Positions 14,261 to 26,446 of a stretch of DNA of 64,000 nucleotides are shown here, in pieces (the first letter of the stretch is position 1; every line of letters begins with the position of its first letter). Location: assembly GCA_028826165.1 (NCBI GenBank), contig JAPDFW010000079.1:1-64000 (forward strand), in the 5' to 3' direction. This DNA is from Anaeramoeba ignava BMAN. Lineage: Eukaryota > Protista > Anaeramoebae. Both the position numbers and the translations under genes were made by a program. The notes under the pieces are model-generated. The model worked only from the letters and a program-made list of their open reading frames with translations, was not told where the DNA came from and made no database searches.

Positions 14261-17200
14261 TTAATTTTTTGAAAAAGATTTGGAATAAAAATCAAGTAAA
14301 TAAGATCCTAAAATTGATTTTTGATTTAATTGATAAAAATCTTTTAAATCAATAAATTCTTCAATATTTTCTTGTGTTATTTTTGTTTCATCAATTTTAT
14401 CATTATAAAGAAAATAAATTAATTGATTAATTGTTTCAAATGATTTTTCTGAATAATCATGAACTTGATTTGATAAATCATTAACATTTAATAAAAACAT
14501 TCCTTTAAATAATTCACTTCTTATTTGTAATATTAATTTATGAACTTTAATTTCTTTTTCTTCAACAATTATTGTAAAATCTTTAGTTTCATTTTGTTGA
14601 TAAAATTGTTCAAAATCTTTTAATATTCCTTTTATTCCTTCTTTTTCTTTAATCCATTTTAAATCAAATCCTATTTGTTCAAATAAATCATAAATTAATC
14701 CTGTTTTAAATTTTTCATTTTGATTTTCAATTTGATTTAAAATTAATTCTTGTTCTTTTTTTTGTTTTTCAATTTCAATTTTATTTGAAAATAAAAATTG
14801 ATAATTTGAATTTGAATCATTTGTTTCATTTTGATTAAATTTTTGATTAAATTTTTCAATAAATTTATCAAAATCAATAAATCCTGTATAAAGAAAATTT
14901 AATGAAAATTGAATAATTTCTTTTGATTTTCTTCTGCAAATATTAATAAATTTTGTTAAAATTGTTTGATTATTATTAAATCTAATTAATAAAATTTGTT
15001 TATGAGCTTTAATTATTTCACCATCATTACTTTTAATTTCAATATCTTTAAATTCATTTGATTTCAAAAAATTGTTTAAATCATCATTAAATGTATAAAT
15101 TTTTGGAAATAAATCAATTATTTCTTGATTAATTTCATTTTCTTTCAATTCAAAAATATTCAAATCTCTCATTAATAAAATTTGGATTTCATTTGGATAT
15201 TTATTTTTCAAAGCAATATGTAAAGGTATTTCATTTAGATTATTTTTGGAATTAATATCAGAAACTTTGGAAATTAATAATTCAATAATTTCATTTGGAT
15301 ACTGATTTTCTAAAGCAATATGTAAAGGTATTTCATTCCATTTATTTTTTGAATTAATATCAGAACCTTTGGGAATTAATAACTTAATAATTTCATTTGG
15401 ATTTTGGTTTCTCAAAGCAATATGTAAAGGTATTTCATTCCAATTATTTTTGGAATTAATATCAGAACATTTGGAAATTAATAATTCAATAATTTCATTT
15501 AGATTTTGATTTTCTAAAGCAATATGTAAAGGTATTTCATTCCAATAATTTTTTGAATTAATATTAGATTCTTTGGAAATTAATAATTCAATAATTTCAT
15601 TTGGATATTTATTTTTCAAAGCAATATGTAAAGGTATTTCATTCCATTTATTTTTTAAATTAATATCAGAACCTTTGGAAATTAATAATTTAATAATTTC
15701 TTTTGGATTTTTATTTTTCAAAGCAATATGTAAAGGTATTTCATTTCGATAACTTTTTGAATTAATATCAGATTCTTTGGAAATTAATAATTCAATAATT
15801 TCTTTTGGATTTTTATTTTTCAAAGCAATATGTAAAGGTATTTCATTCCAATAATTTTTTAAATTAATATTAGAACCTTTGGAAATTAATAATTTAATAA
15901 TTTCTTTTGGATATTGATTCCTCAAAGCAATATGTAAAGGTATTTCATTTTGATTATTTTTTGAATTAATATCAGAACCTTTGGAAATTAATAATTTAAT
16001 AATTTCTTTTGGATTTTTATTTTTCAAAGCAATATGTAAAGGTATTTCATTTTGTTTATTTTTGGAATTAATATTAGAACCTTTGAAAATTAATAATTTA
16101 ATAATTTCATTTGGATATTGGTTTTTCAAAGCAAAATGTAAAGGTATTTCATTTTGATTATTTTTTGAATTAATATCAGAACCTTTGGAAATTAATAATT
16201 TAATAATTTCATTTGGATATTGATTCCTCAAAGCAATATGTAAAGGTATTTCGTTCCCATCTATTTTTGAATTAATATCAGAACCTTTGGAAATTAATAA
16301 TTTAATAATTTCTTTTGGATTTTTATTTTCGAAAGCAATATGTAAAGGTATTTTATTTTGATTATTTTTGGAATTAATATCAGATCCTTTGGAAATTAAT
16401 AATTTAATAATTTCATTTGGATATTTATTTTCGAAAGCAATATGTAAAGGAATTTCATTTTGATTATTTTTTAAATTAATATTAGAACCTTTGGAAATTA
16501 ATAATTCAATAATTTCATTTGGATATTGATTTTTCAAAGCAAAATGTAAAGGTATTTTATTTTGATTATTTTTTGAATTAATATCAGAACCTTTGGAAAT
16601 TAATAATTCAATAATTTCATTTGGATATTTATTTTCGAAAGCAATATGTAAAGGTATTTCATTTTCATTATTTTTTGAATTAATATCAGAACCTTTGGAA
16701 ATTAATAATTCAATAATTTCATTTGGATTTTTGTATCTCAAAGCAATATGTAAAGGTATTTCATTCCAATAATTTTTTGAATTAATATTAGAACCTTTGG
16801 AAATTAATAATTCAATAATTTCTTTTGGATATTGATTCCTCAAAGCAAAATGTAAAGGTATTTCGTTCCCATCTATTTTTGAATTAATATCGGATCCTTT
16901 GGAAATTAATAATTTAATAATTTCTTTTGGATATTTATTTTCGAAAGCAATATGTAAAGGTATTTCATTCCAATAATTTTTTGAATTAATATCAGAACCT
17001 TTGGAAATTAATAATTCAATAATTTCATTTGGATATTTATTTTCCAAAGCAATATGTAAAGGTATTTCATTCAGTTTATTTTTTGAATTAATATTAGATT
17101 CTTTGGAAATTAATTCAATAATTTCATTTGGATATTTATTTTTCAAAGCAATATGTAAAGGTATTTCATTTTCATTATTTTTTGAATTAATATTAGATCC

Positions 17201-19124
17201 TTTGGAAATTAATAATTCAATAATTTCTTTTGGATTTTGATTTTCCAAAGCAAAATGTAAAGGTATTTCATTCCATTTATTTTTTGAATTAATATCAGAA
17301 CCTTTGGAAATTAATAATTCAATAATTTCATTTGGATATTTATTTTTCAAAGCAATATGTAAAGGTATTTCATTTTGTTTATTTTTGGAATTAATATCAG
17401 AACCTTTGGAAATTAATAATTCAATAATTTCTTTTGGATATTCATTTTCTAAAGCAATATGTAAAGGATTATTTTGATATTTATCAACCCAATTTAAATT
17501 AGTTTCTTTTTCAATAAGTTTTTGAATAATTTCGTTTTTTGATTTATTTTCAAAAGCAAATTTTAGAAAAGGTTCATTTTCTTTTTCAAATTGTTCTGTT
17601 GTTTTTAAAGTTGAAATTGAATCAAAAAATTGAATATTATTTGTTTTAATTGCTTTATAAATTTGTTTTAATTGATTTATGTTTTGAATTTGATATTGAA
17701 TTTGATATTGAATTTGATTTGATTTTGATTTTGATTTTGATTTTGATTTTGATTTTGATTTTGATTTTGATTTTGATTTTGATTCTGATTTTGATGTATT
17801 AAATGGATCTGAATCTGATTTTGATGTACTAAATAGATCTGAATCTGAATCTGGTTCTGATTTTGATTTTGATTCTGATTTTGATTTTGATTTTGATTTT
17901 GAATTTGATTTTGATTTTGATTTTGATTTACTAAATGGATCTGAATCTGGTTCTGATTTTGATTTTGATTTTGATTTTGATTTTGATTTTGATTTTGATT
18001 CTGATTTTGATTTTGATTTTGATTTTGATTTTGATTTTGATTCTGATTTTGATTTTGATTTTGATTTTGATTTTGATTTTGATTTTGATTTTGATGTATT
18101 AAATGGATCTGAATCTGGTTCTGATTTTGATTTTGATTTTGATTTTGATTTTGATTTTGATTTTGATTCTGATTTTGATTTTGATTTTGATTTTGATTTT
18201 GATTTTGATTTTGATTCTGATTTTGATTTTGATTTTGATTCTGATTTTGATTTTGATTTTGATTCTGATTTTGATTTTGATTTTGATTTTGATTCTGATT
18301 TTGATGTACTAAATGGATCTGAATCTGATTTTTGATTTTGATTTTGATTCTGATTTTGATTCTGATGTATTAAATGGTTCTGAATCTGATTTTGATTTTG
18401 ATTTTGATTTTGATTTTGATTTTGATTTTGATTTTGATTTTGATTTTGATTTTGATTTTGATTTTGATTTTGATTTTGATTTTGATTTTGATTTTGATTT
18501 TGATTTTGATTCTGATTTTGATTTTGATTTTGATTTTGATTCTGATTTTGATTTTGATTTTGATTTTGATTCTGATTTTGATGTACTAAATGGATTTGAA
18601 TCTGATTTTGATTTTGATTTTGATTCTGATTTTGATTCTGATGTATTAAATGGTTCTGAATCTGATTTTGATTCTGATTCTGATTTTGATTTTGATTTTG
18701 ATTTTGAATTTGATTTTGATTTAATAAATGGATCTGAATCTGATTTTGATTTTGATTTTGATTTTGAATTTGATTTTGATTCTGATTTTGATTTTGATTC
18801 TGATTTTGATTCTGATTTTGATTTTGAATTTGATTTTGATTTTGATTTTGATTTTGATTTTGATTTTGATTTTGATTCTGATTTTGAATTTGATTTTGAA
18901 TTTGATTTTGATTTTGATTCTGATTTTGATGTACTAAATGGATCTGAATCTGATTTTGATTTTGATTTTGATTCTGATTTTGATGTACTAAATGGATCTG
19001 AATCTGATTTTGATTTTGATTTTGATTTTGATTCTGATTTTGATTTTGATTTTGATTTTGATTTTGATTTTGATTTTGATTTTGATTTTGATTTTGATTT
19101 TGAATTTAAATTTTTTTGATTCAT
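14261..19124 (-). CDS. SK-rich N-terminus + 23 ankyrin repeats + tandem BTB/POZ protein, paralog B
   Basis: ORFs 18309-19124 and 14261-17350; same MNQKNLNS start, same linker (QLKQIYKAIKTNNIQFFDS) and a near-identical BTB-BTB C-terminus as paralog A. Confidence 0.9.
15190..17480 (-). repeat. Coding ankyrin array, 99 bp x 23 (paralog B)
   Basis: 33-aa periodic repeat. Confidence 0.95.
17715..19105 (-). repeat. (TCAAAA)n coding array of paralog B (~1.4 kb)
   Basis: (GATTTT)n with SDSDPF/SDSEPF units. Confidence 0.95.
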
Positions 19125-19220
19125 TTTTTTTTATATTAAATTTAAATTTGATTTATTAATTAAAATGAAAAAAATGAAAAAAATGAAAAAATATTTTTAT
19201 TATTTTTTTTCTTTTCAAAA

Positions 19221-21128
19221 ATGAATGATTGTTTATTTTTTGGACAAAATTATTCTCCAAAACTTATCAAAAATGAACAAGATTCAATAACAAAACCAAT
19301 TCAATTTAAATTTGAAAATGAAAATGAAAATGAAAATGAAAATGAAAAACAAATTAAACAAATTTCATCAGGAAGTTTTTCAACAATTTTCCTTTTTAAA
19401 AATGGAAAAGCAATAGAATATTTAAATGAAAATAATTCAAAACAAAATCCTGAAAAAATCCAAATTGAAGAAAATATTCAAAAAGTAACTGTTGGTTCTC
19501 GAAATGAAGCTATTTTAACAATAGAAGGAAATGTATTTGCAAAAGGAAAATATATTGATCCAAAAGAATTTACCAATATTTCATCATTAATTGAAGATAA
19601 AAATGATAGAATAATTGAAGATATTGTTTCTGGATATAGTTCAATTTACTTATTAACTTCAAATCAAAATGTTTATGGAATTGGTTCAAATCAATATTAT
19701 CAACTTGGTTTTGATTCTGAAAAACTTAATAAAACAGAAAAACCAATTTTAATGATGAAAAATGTTTCTAAAATATTTTCAGGAAATACTTCAAATCATG
19801 TTTTTCTTTTAAATTCAAATCAAGAATTATTTGGATGTGGGAATAATGAATATCATCAAGTTGGGTTAGGAAATTTTCAAATAAGAAGAAGAATTCCAAA
19901 ATTAACCAAAATCCAAAATATTCCAAAAGGTAAAATAATTAATATTCAATGTGGATATTATCATTCAATAATGTTGATTGAAAATGAAGATCTAAAAAGA
20001 AAACTTTATTCATGTGGAAGATATGAATATAATGGAGTTGTCAAAAATCGGGAATATACTTATAAATTTACTGAAATCAAATCATCTTTATTTGAAAATG
20101 ATTATATTATTGATTTTTCTGTTGGAAATGGTCATAGTTTGATTTTAACATCAAGTAAGGAACTTTTTGTTTTTGGGAGAAATAATTTAGGTCAATTAGG
20201 AACGAGAGGTTCAACAAATCGTTTAGATCCTATTCAAACTGATATTCCCAAATTAAGATTTAATAAAGATATTTTCAATTATCATATTTCTTGTGGATAT
20301 AATAATTCATTTCTTTATTATTCTCCTTTTCTTTCTTCTTTTTCCAATCTTGAAGAAGATTTGATAAAATTATTTCAAAGAAAAGAATTTTGTGATATTT
20401 CATTTAAAACCGAAAATGGAGAAATAATTGAAGCTCATAAATTAATATTGAAATATAGATTAAATCAAAATCAAAATCAAAATGAAAATGAAAAACTTCA
20501 AGAAATTATTTCAAAAAAATCAATTAAAGAATCAAATCAAATATTTGAAATGATTTATTCAAACAGAATAATAAATCCAAAATTATATTCTGAAATTAAA
20601 GAAATTATAAATTCAAATGAAAAAATTGAAGAAACAATGAAAAGAATTTATTTAAATGAAAATGAAAAAGATTTTATAATTGAAAGAAAAGAAAAACAAT
20701 ATAAATTTCCAAAATTAATATTAATAATGAGAAGTGAATTATATCGAGGAATGTTTTTATCTGTTACAGAAGATAAATCTAATAAAGTTACAGATTATAG
20801 TGAATTAAGTAATAAATCATTTCAAATATTTGAATATTGGATTTATTCAAATCAAATTAAAAAAGAAGAAATTGAAATTACAATAACAAATAAAGAAATA
20901 ATTCAAATTAATGAAGAAAATGAAAATGAAAATGAAAATGAAAATGAAAATGAAGATTTCCAAATTTTAGAATATTCTTTTAAGAAAAAACAAATTAAAA
21001 AAGAAACTAAAATTACAAAAGAAATAATTGAAGAAATTAAAAAAGGAATTGATTATTTTCAATTAAATCAAACACATCCAAATTTATTTGATTTATTAAT
21101 CCAAAAATTTAATTATCAAAATTATTAA
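19221..21128 (+). CDS. RCC1-like beta-propeller + tandem BTB protein
   Basis: RCC1 motifs (GSNQYYQLG, CGYYHS, GNGHSLIL, GRNNLGQLG); BTB motifs (FCDISF...EAHKLIL; PKLILIMRSELYRGMFLSV). Confidence 0.9.
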   Translation: MNDCLFFGQNYSPKLIKNEQDSITKPIQFKFENENENENENEKQIKQISSGSFSTIFLFKNGKAIEYLNENNSKQNPEKIQIEENIQKVTVGSRNEAILTIEGNVFAKGKYIDPKEFTNISSLIEDKNDRIIEDIVSGYSSIYLLTSNQNVYGIGSNQYYQLGFDSEKLNKTEKPILMMKNVSKIFSGNTSNHVFLLNSNQELFGCGNNEYHQVGLGNFQIRRRIPKLTKIQNIPKGKIINIQCGYYHSIMLIENEDLKRKLYSCGRYEYNGVVKNREYTYKFTEIKSSLFENDYIIDFSVGNGHSLILTSSKELFVFGRNNLGQLGTRGSTNRLDPIQTDIPKLRFNKDIFNYHISCGYNNSFLYYSPFLSSFSNLEEDLIKLFQRKEFCDISFKTENGEIIEAHKLILKYRLNQNQNQNENEKLQEIISKKSIKESNQIFEMIYSNRIINPKLYSEIKEIINSNEKIEETMKRIYLNENEKDFIIERKEKQYKFPKLILIMRSELYRGMFLSVTEDKSNKVTDYSELSNKSFQIFEYWIYSNQIKKEEIEITITNKEIIQINEENENENENENENEDFQILEYSFKKKQIKKETKITKEIIEEIKKGIDYFQLNQTHPNLFDLLIQKFNYQNY

Positions 21129-21165
21129 AAAAAATTATTGAAAAAAATTTATTTTAATTTTAATT

Positions 21166-22998
21166 TCATCTAATATTAAAATCTTGAATTAATCCTCTTT
21201 TCTTTTGAATAATTTTTGAATTATTCAAATTTCCTTTTGAAAGAGAAAACAAAGAAGAATTTGATTTAAGAGATTCATTTGAAGCAAAAATCTTCCAAAA
21301 TCTCAAAGTTTCATCACCAGCAACAGAACAAACAGTTGATCCATCAGGAGATAAAGCTAATTGAAGAACTCTAGAAGTATGACCTTTTAAATCAGTTATT
21401 TTAGTCAAAGAAGGATATTTCCAAACAGATAATTGGAATTGAGAAAAACCATGAGAAGAAACAATTTCACGATGAGTATTTGACCATTTCAAAGCACAAA
21501 CTTGAGAACCTGAATCAATTGAATTCAAACAAATTCCATTTTGAGTATTCCAAAACCTAATTTTTCCATCAGCAGTTCCGCCTCCAGAAGCGAGTAAATA
21601 CCTTTGCCAAGGACACCAATCAATTGCTTTGACTGCTGCGGTGTGTTCTCTTAAAGTGAAATCTGGATTATCATATGAGTTGATTTTCCAAATATTTAAA
21701 ATATTATCATTTCCTCCACTTGCTAATTGATTTCCATCATGTGACCATTTAAGCCCACAAACTTCTTGAGAATGAGCTTTTAAAACGGCAGTTTGGTGCT
21801 GAGAAATCCTGACATCATGATTGAATATCATTGTATCTTTTGAACCACTTGATAAAATATGTGAATTCCAACTCAGTGAAGATACTCTTGATAAATGACC
21901 TTTCATTGATCTAATTTGAAATAATTTTTCTGTATCCCAAAGTTGAACATCACCATCATCTCTTCCAATAGCAAGGATGTTCCCATTCTGTATCCATGAA
22001 ACAGATGTTATAATGTTCTCATCTTCATCGTTTTGTGGGAATAGTTCTGTGATATCCCCACTGATTGAGTTCCACAAATAAACACTTGAACTCAAAGCAA
22101 TAGCAAGTATTGAAGTTGGACTCCAATCCAGAAGGTTCAAATAGTAGTCATCTATAAAATCGGGTGCATCCAAGATTTTTTCTGGAACTTGAGGGATTGA
22201 TCTGTTGTTTTTTTTCTTAATTTTTGCATCAAATTTATTTTGAGAATAAAGTGAATTGACTTGATTTTGTAATGGTTTATTTGGAATTGGAGCTTTTTCT
22301 TTAAATGTTAATATTTTATAATCTTTTTTGCTTGAATTTGGTTTGTTTAATAAAAAGAAATTTTCATTTTCATTTGAATCGATTGAAGTATTTGATTTTA
22401 TTGAGTTATTTGAATCATTTTGGATTGAGTTTATATTTTGATTTAATAAAAGACTATTTGCTAATGTATTTTTGTATTCAGTTTTATTTGGAGTATCATC
22501 ATCTTTGATTTGAAGGATATTATTTTGATTAGTTAAATGGTAGTTTGTTAAATCAAGATCAGAAGAACGGGAAGGAATAAATCTATCATAACGAGGAGAT
22601 TTAGAACGAGATTTTGAATTTGATTTTTTATTTGATTTATTAATAAATTTTGATTTTGAATTTGATTCAAAAATTGGTGTTGATTTTGTTCTAATTAATC
22701 TTGATTGTTTTGGTGTTTTTATTTTTGAATTTGAATTTGATTTTGATTTTGAATTTGATTTAGAATTTGATTTTAAATTTGATTTTGAATTTGATTTAGA
22801 ATTTGATTTAGAATTTGATTTTGAATTTGATTTTGAATTTGATTTTGAATTTGATTTTGAATTTGATTTTAAATTTGATTTAGAATTTGATATTTTATTA
22901 TTTAATTCATTTTGTTTTCTTTTCCATCTTGGAATAATATTTGAATTTAAAGGTGTATCAAATCTAAATAATTCATCAAAAGTTGATTGATTTGACAT
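21166..22998 (-). CDS. CDC20: APC/C co-activator CDC20/Fizzy
   Basis: C-box DRFIPSR, KILT (KILR-like), PEKILDAP..DDYYLNLLDW, 7 WD40 repeats (HSQEVCGLKW, LASGGNDN, AAVKA..WCPWQ..LLASGGGTAD) and a C-terminal IR tail. Confidence 0.95.
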   Translation of the reverse strand: MSNQSTFDELFRFDTPLNSNIIPRWKRKQNELNNKISNSKSNLKSNSKSNSKSNSKSNSKSNSKSNSKSNSKSNLKSNSKSNSKSKSNSNSKIKTPKQSRLIRTKSTPIFESNSKSKFINKSNKKSNSKSRSKSPRYDRFIPSRSSDLDLTNYHLTNQNNILQIKDDDTPNKTEYKNTLANSLLLNQNINSIQNDSNNSIKSNTSIDSNENENFFLLNKPNSSKKDYKILTFKEKAPIPNKPLQNQVNSLYSQNKFDAKIKKKNNRSIPQVPEKILDAPDFIDDYYLNLLDWSPTSILAIALSSSVYLWNSISGDITELFPQNDEDENIITSVSWIQNGNILAIGRDDGDVQLWDTEKLFQIRSMKGHLSRVSSLSWNSHILSSGSKDTMIFNHDVRISQHQTAVLKAHSQEVCGLKWSHDGNQLASGGNDNILNIWKINSYDNPDFTLREHTAAVKAIDWCPWQRYLLASGGGTADGKIRFWNTQNGICLNSIDSGSQVCALKWSNTHREIVSSHGFSQFQLSVWKYPSLTKITDLKGHTSRVLQLALSPDGSTVCSVAGDETLRFWKIFASNESLKSNSSLFSLSKGNLNNSKIIQKKRGLIQDFNIR

Positions 22999-23156
22999 TT
23001 TTTATTAGTTTAAAATTAAATTTTTAAATTAAAAAAAAAGGAGAAAAAAAAATTAAAAAATAAAAAAGTGGAATAAAATATTTTTTAATTTTAATTTTAA
23101 TTTTATTTTAATTTTAAATTTAATTTTAATTTTTAATTTTAATTTTAATTTTAAAT

Positions 23157-23247
23157 TTAACGATTAATATTATTCGTTAAAATTAAATAAAAAATAAAAA
23201 AATTCGTTAAAAAAAAATAATTAAATTTTTTAATTAAAAACCGTTAA
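23157..23247. promoter_or_regulatory. Cluster of four CGTTAA/TTAACG Myb-like sites in the CDC20/BRCT divergent promoter
   Basis: TTAACG at 23157; CGTTAA at 23175, 23205 and 23242 (AACCGTTA), in an intergenic region with no other CpG. Confidence 0.55.
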
Positions 23248-23373
23248 TTTAATTTAAAAGAATTTAATAGAAAAAAAAAAATAAAAAAAATTCATTTTTC
23301 ATTTTTGAAAAAAAAAAAACTCTTTTTTATTATTTTTTAAAAAAAAAAACTTTAAATTCTAAACAAAGAAAAA

Positions 23374-24102
23374 ATGTCTAAAAAACAAAAAAAAGGAACA
23401 ATCTTTGAAGGTTTAACATTTGTTTTATCAACAAACACAAGAAAAATACGATATCCAATTGAAATATACAGTGGAAAAGTATTAACAAGAATCACAAAAA
23501 AAATCAACTACTTAATCATGAAAGAAGAAGAAGCAAGAAATTTAAAATCAAGAATCAAAACAGCATTAAAATATAATGCAAAAATAATCTCAAAAGAATT
23601 TGTTCGTGAATGTATTAAAGAAGGAAAAATTGTGGATACTAAAGATTTTGAAATCAAGTATGATTTAACAAGTGATTCTGAATCTGAATCAAGTGAATCA
23701 GAATCAGTTAGTAAATCAAGTGGAGATGAAAAGAAGAAAAAAGAAACAAAAAAAGAAACAAAAAAAGAAGATAAAAAAAAATCCAAATCAAAATCAAAAT
23801 CTGAAGAAAAGAAAAAATCCAAATCAAAATCTGAATCAAAATCTGAATCAAAATCAGAAGATGAAACTCCAAAAGAAACTGTTAAAGGAAAAACTATTTG
23901 TTTAACTGGTCCTTTTAAGAAAGACAGAAAAGAAATTGAAACTGAAATTACTGATAAAGGTGGAAAGATTTCTAATAAAGTTACTAAATCTACTGATTTT
24001 CTTGTTGCTACTATTCAAACTACCCCTAAATATCAAGAAGCTAAGAAATTGAATGTTAAAATTATTGATGAAGCTGGTATTCTTGAAATTCTTAAGAATT
24101 AA
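23374..24102 (+). CDS. Two-BRCT-domain protein with acidic/lysine-rich linker
   Basis: N-terminal BRCT (FEGLTFVLS...SGKV...ITKKINYLI...IISKEFVRECIKEGK) and C-terminal LigA/RFC1-type BRCT (KGKTICLTG...GGKISNKVTKSTDFLV...KYQEAKKLNVKIIDE). Confidence 0.85.
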   Translation: MSKKQKKGTIFEGLTFVLSTNTRKIRYPIEIYSGKVLTRITKKINYLIMKEEEARNLKSRIKTALKYNAKIISKEFVRECIKEGKIVDTKDFEIKYDLTSDSESESSESESVSKSSGDEKKKKETKKETKKEDKKKSKSKSKSEEKKKSKSKSESKSESKSEDETPKETVKGKTICLTGPFKKDRKEIETEITDKGGKISNKVTKSTDFLVATIQTTPKYQEAKKLNVKIIDEAGILEILKN

Positions 24103-24304
24103 TTAATTAATTTTTTTTTTTTTTTTGTTTTCACTTTTTTTTTAATTCTTTTCTTTTTCAAAAACAAAACAAAAATATTTTCTTTTTTTTTCAATATCCA
24201 AAATCAATAACAACAAAACAAAAATTAATTTCTGTTTCGTTTCTTAATAATAATAAAAAAATCAATTAATTTCAAATTTAAAATATTTTTCTTGTTCCAC
24301 TTTT

Positions 24305-24572
24305 TTATTTTAATTTTAATTTTAATTTTAATTTTAATTTTAATTTTAATTTTAATTTTAATTTTAATTTTAATTTTAATTTTAATTTTAATTTTAATTT
24401 TAATTTTAATTTTAATTTTAATTTTAATTTTAATTTTAATTTTAATTTTAATTTTAATTTTAATTTTAATTTTAATTTTAATTTTAATTTTAATTTTAAT
24501 TTTAATTTTAATTTTAATTTATATTTTAATTTTAATTTTAATTTTAATTTTAATTTTAATTTTAATTTTAAT
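24305..24572. repeat. (TTTTAA)n microsatellite between convergent genes
   Basis: Near-perfect hexamer run. Confidence 0.95.
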
Positions 24573-24580
24573 TGAGGAAG

Positions 24581-26345
24581 TTATTTAAAATAAATTTCAA
24601 ATTCTTGCTTTCCACCTTCAGAAAAGAATGTTTTTGAATCTTTCAAATTTTTCTTTTTATTGCCACCATAAGTAAAACCAGGAGGAAGTTGATAATTTAT
24701 TCCAAAATCTGAATATACATGATTCCAAGTAGAATTGAATAAAAGATCAGCTTTCAAATTTCCTTGATGAACGAAACCTGAACTTTCCAAACTTAATCCA
24801 AAAGCAAAACTTCCATAGCTATAATTACAAGAGTAAATAGCATATGGGAAATCTTTTTTTTGAAGAGGAAATTTTGAAGGAGGAAAATTATAAGGATTTT
24901 TCAAAGTGAAAAGAAAACTGAAATTATCCGGATAGGAAAAATATTGATAGGGATAATCCATCACAGATTTTGACAATGAAAAATGTTTAAATCCAACTGA
25001 AGTATAACCTCCAAAAACAAATCCTTTTTCTGTTTTGATTAAAACTAATGTTTCTCCTTTATCATCTGATTTTTGATGGAAGTCATTAGTGTTAAAACCA
25101 TCATTTTTTGTTGAAAATCCCAATTTACATAATTTGAAAAAATTTTGATTTGGAATCCATTTTTGAAGATTTATCAAATATTCTTCATTTAAAATTGTTG
25201 ATTCTTTTAATAATTTAATTTTCTGTTTTTTTGGAATTGATTCGATAATTGGTTTTTGTTTTTGGATTTGAGTTTGTTTTTGATTTTGATTTTGGTTTTG
25301 AATTTGAGTTTTTAATCTTTCATTTTCTTTCAATAAAAAATCCAAATGATTTTGTTTATCTTTCAATTCATGTTCTTGTTTTAATATCATTTCATTTCTT
25401 TTATTAATTGCTTCACTATCCTTTTGAATTTGTTTATCTTTTTTTTGATTTTCTTTTTTCATTTTTTGATTTTCTTTTTTCATTTTTTGATTTTCACTTT
25501 TTTTATTTTTCAAATTGGTTTGTTTAATGTTTTCTTTGAATATTCGATCTTTTTCTTGTTTAAAAGAAATTTTGATTGAAACCGATTTTAGATTGAAGTT
25601 GATAAAATTCTTTTTCATTTAATAAATTTATTGGAAGAATTTTGAAAAAAGGTTTGATAATTTTTTTCATTAAAATTATTTTTGCTTTTTTATCAAATTT
25701 TGGATTTTTTGGAAGAATTTTTTGTTGAATTAATTCAGCCCAATTTGTTAATTCATTTAATAATGAAAATATTTGCAAATTTTGATTATTAATAAATGAT
25801 TTTTCAACAATTTCTTTCATTTGTTCTTCTGATAATTTTGATTTGGAAATGAAAGGAATTAATTTTTCAAAATTTTGAATAATAAAATCAAATGATTGAT
25901 GATTTAATTTTGAATTTGATTTTGATTTTCTGAAAATTTTAAAAACATTTGATAATTGAATATTTGATTCTAAATAAGTTTGAATTGAATTTGATAAATC
26001 ATTTAATTCAAATTTTTGAGAAATATTCCAAATTTTAAAAACATTTCTTTCATTAAAATCAATTTCTCCTTTATAAATGTAATCTAAAATAAGATTCATA
26101 ATTGTTTCGTTAATTTCTGGAAAAGAAATTTCATTTAAAGAAGGATTTTGTTTAAAAATTTGATAAAAATAAGAAGATCTACAACTTAAAATTAATTTAT
26201 GAGAATAAATTTTAATTAAATTTTTTCCAGTTAAAATTGTAAAATTTTGGAAACTATTTGAAGAATTTCTTAAAGAATAAATTGAATTAATTAATTGAAA
26301 ATGATGTTTAATTTTATTTAAATTGTTTAAATTATTTAAATTCAT
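24581..26345 (-). CDS. BTB + coiled-coil + TLDc protein (one frameshift at ~25560)
   Basis: BTB (SHKLILSCRSSYF...ILDYIYKGEI); TLDc (GFSTKNDGFNTNDFHQKSDDKGETLVLIKTEKGFVFGGYT...SFLFTLKN...EFEIYF). Confidence 0.85.
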
Positions 26346-26446
26346 ATTTTTTTTAAAAATGAAAAAAAATGAAAAAAAATTTTTTGCTTTTTTCCTTTTT
26401 TTTTAATTAAATTTTTTTTAATTAATTTTTTCTATTTTATTCTAAT

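Noticed and set aside
10880-19119. Plus-strand ORFs (DF)n, (IL)n and the antisense ankyrin ORFs (8728-10707, 17001-17240)
   Set aside because: Shadow frames of the minus-strand repeat-coding genes.
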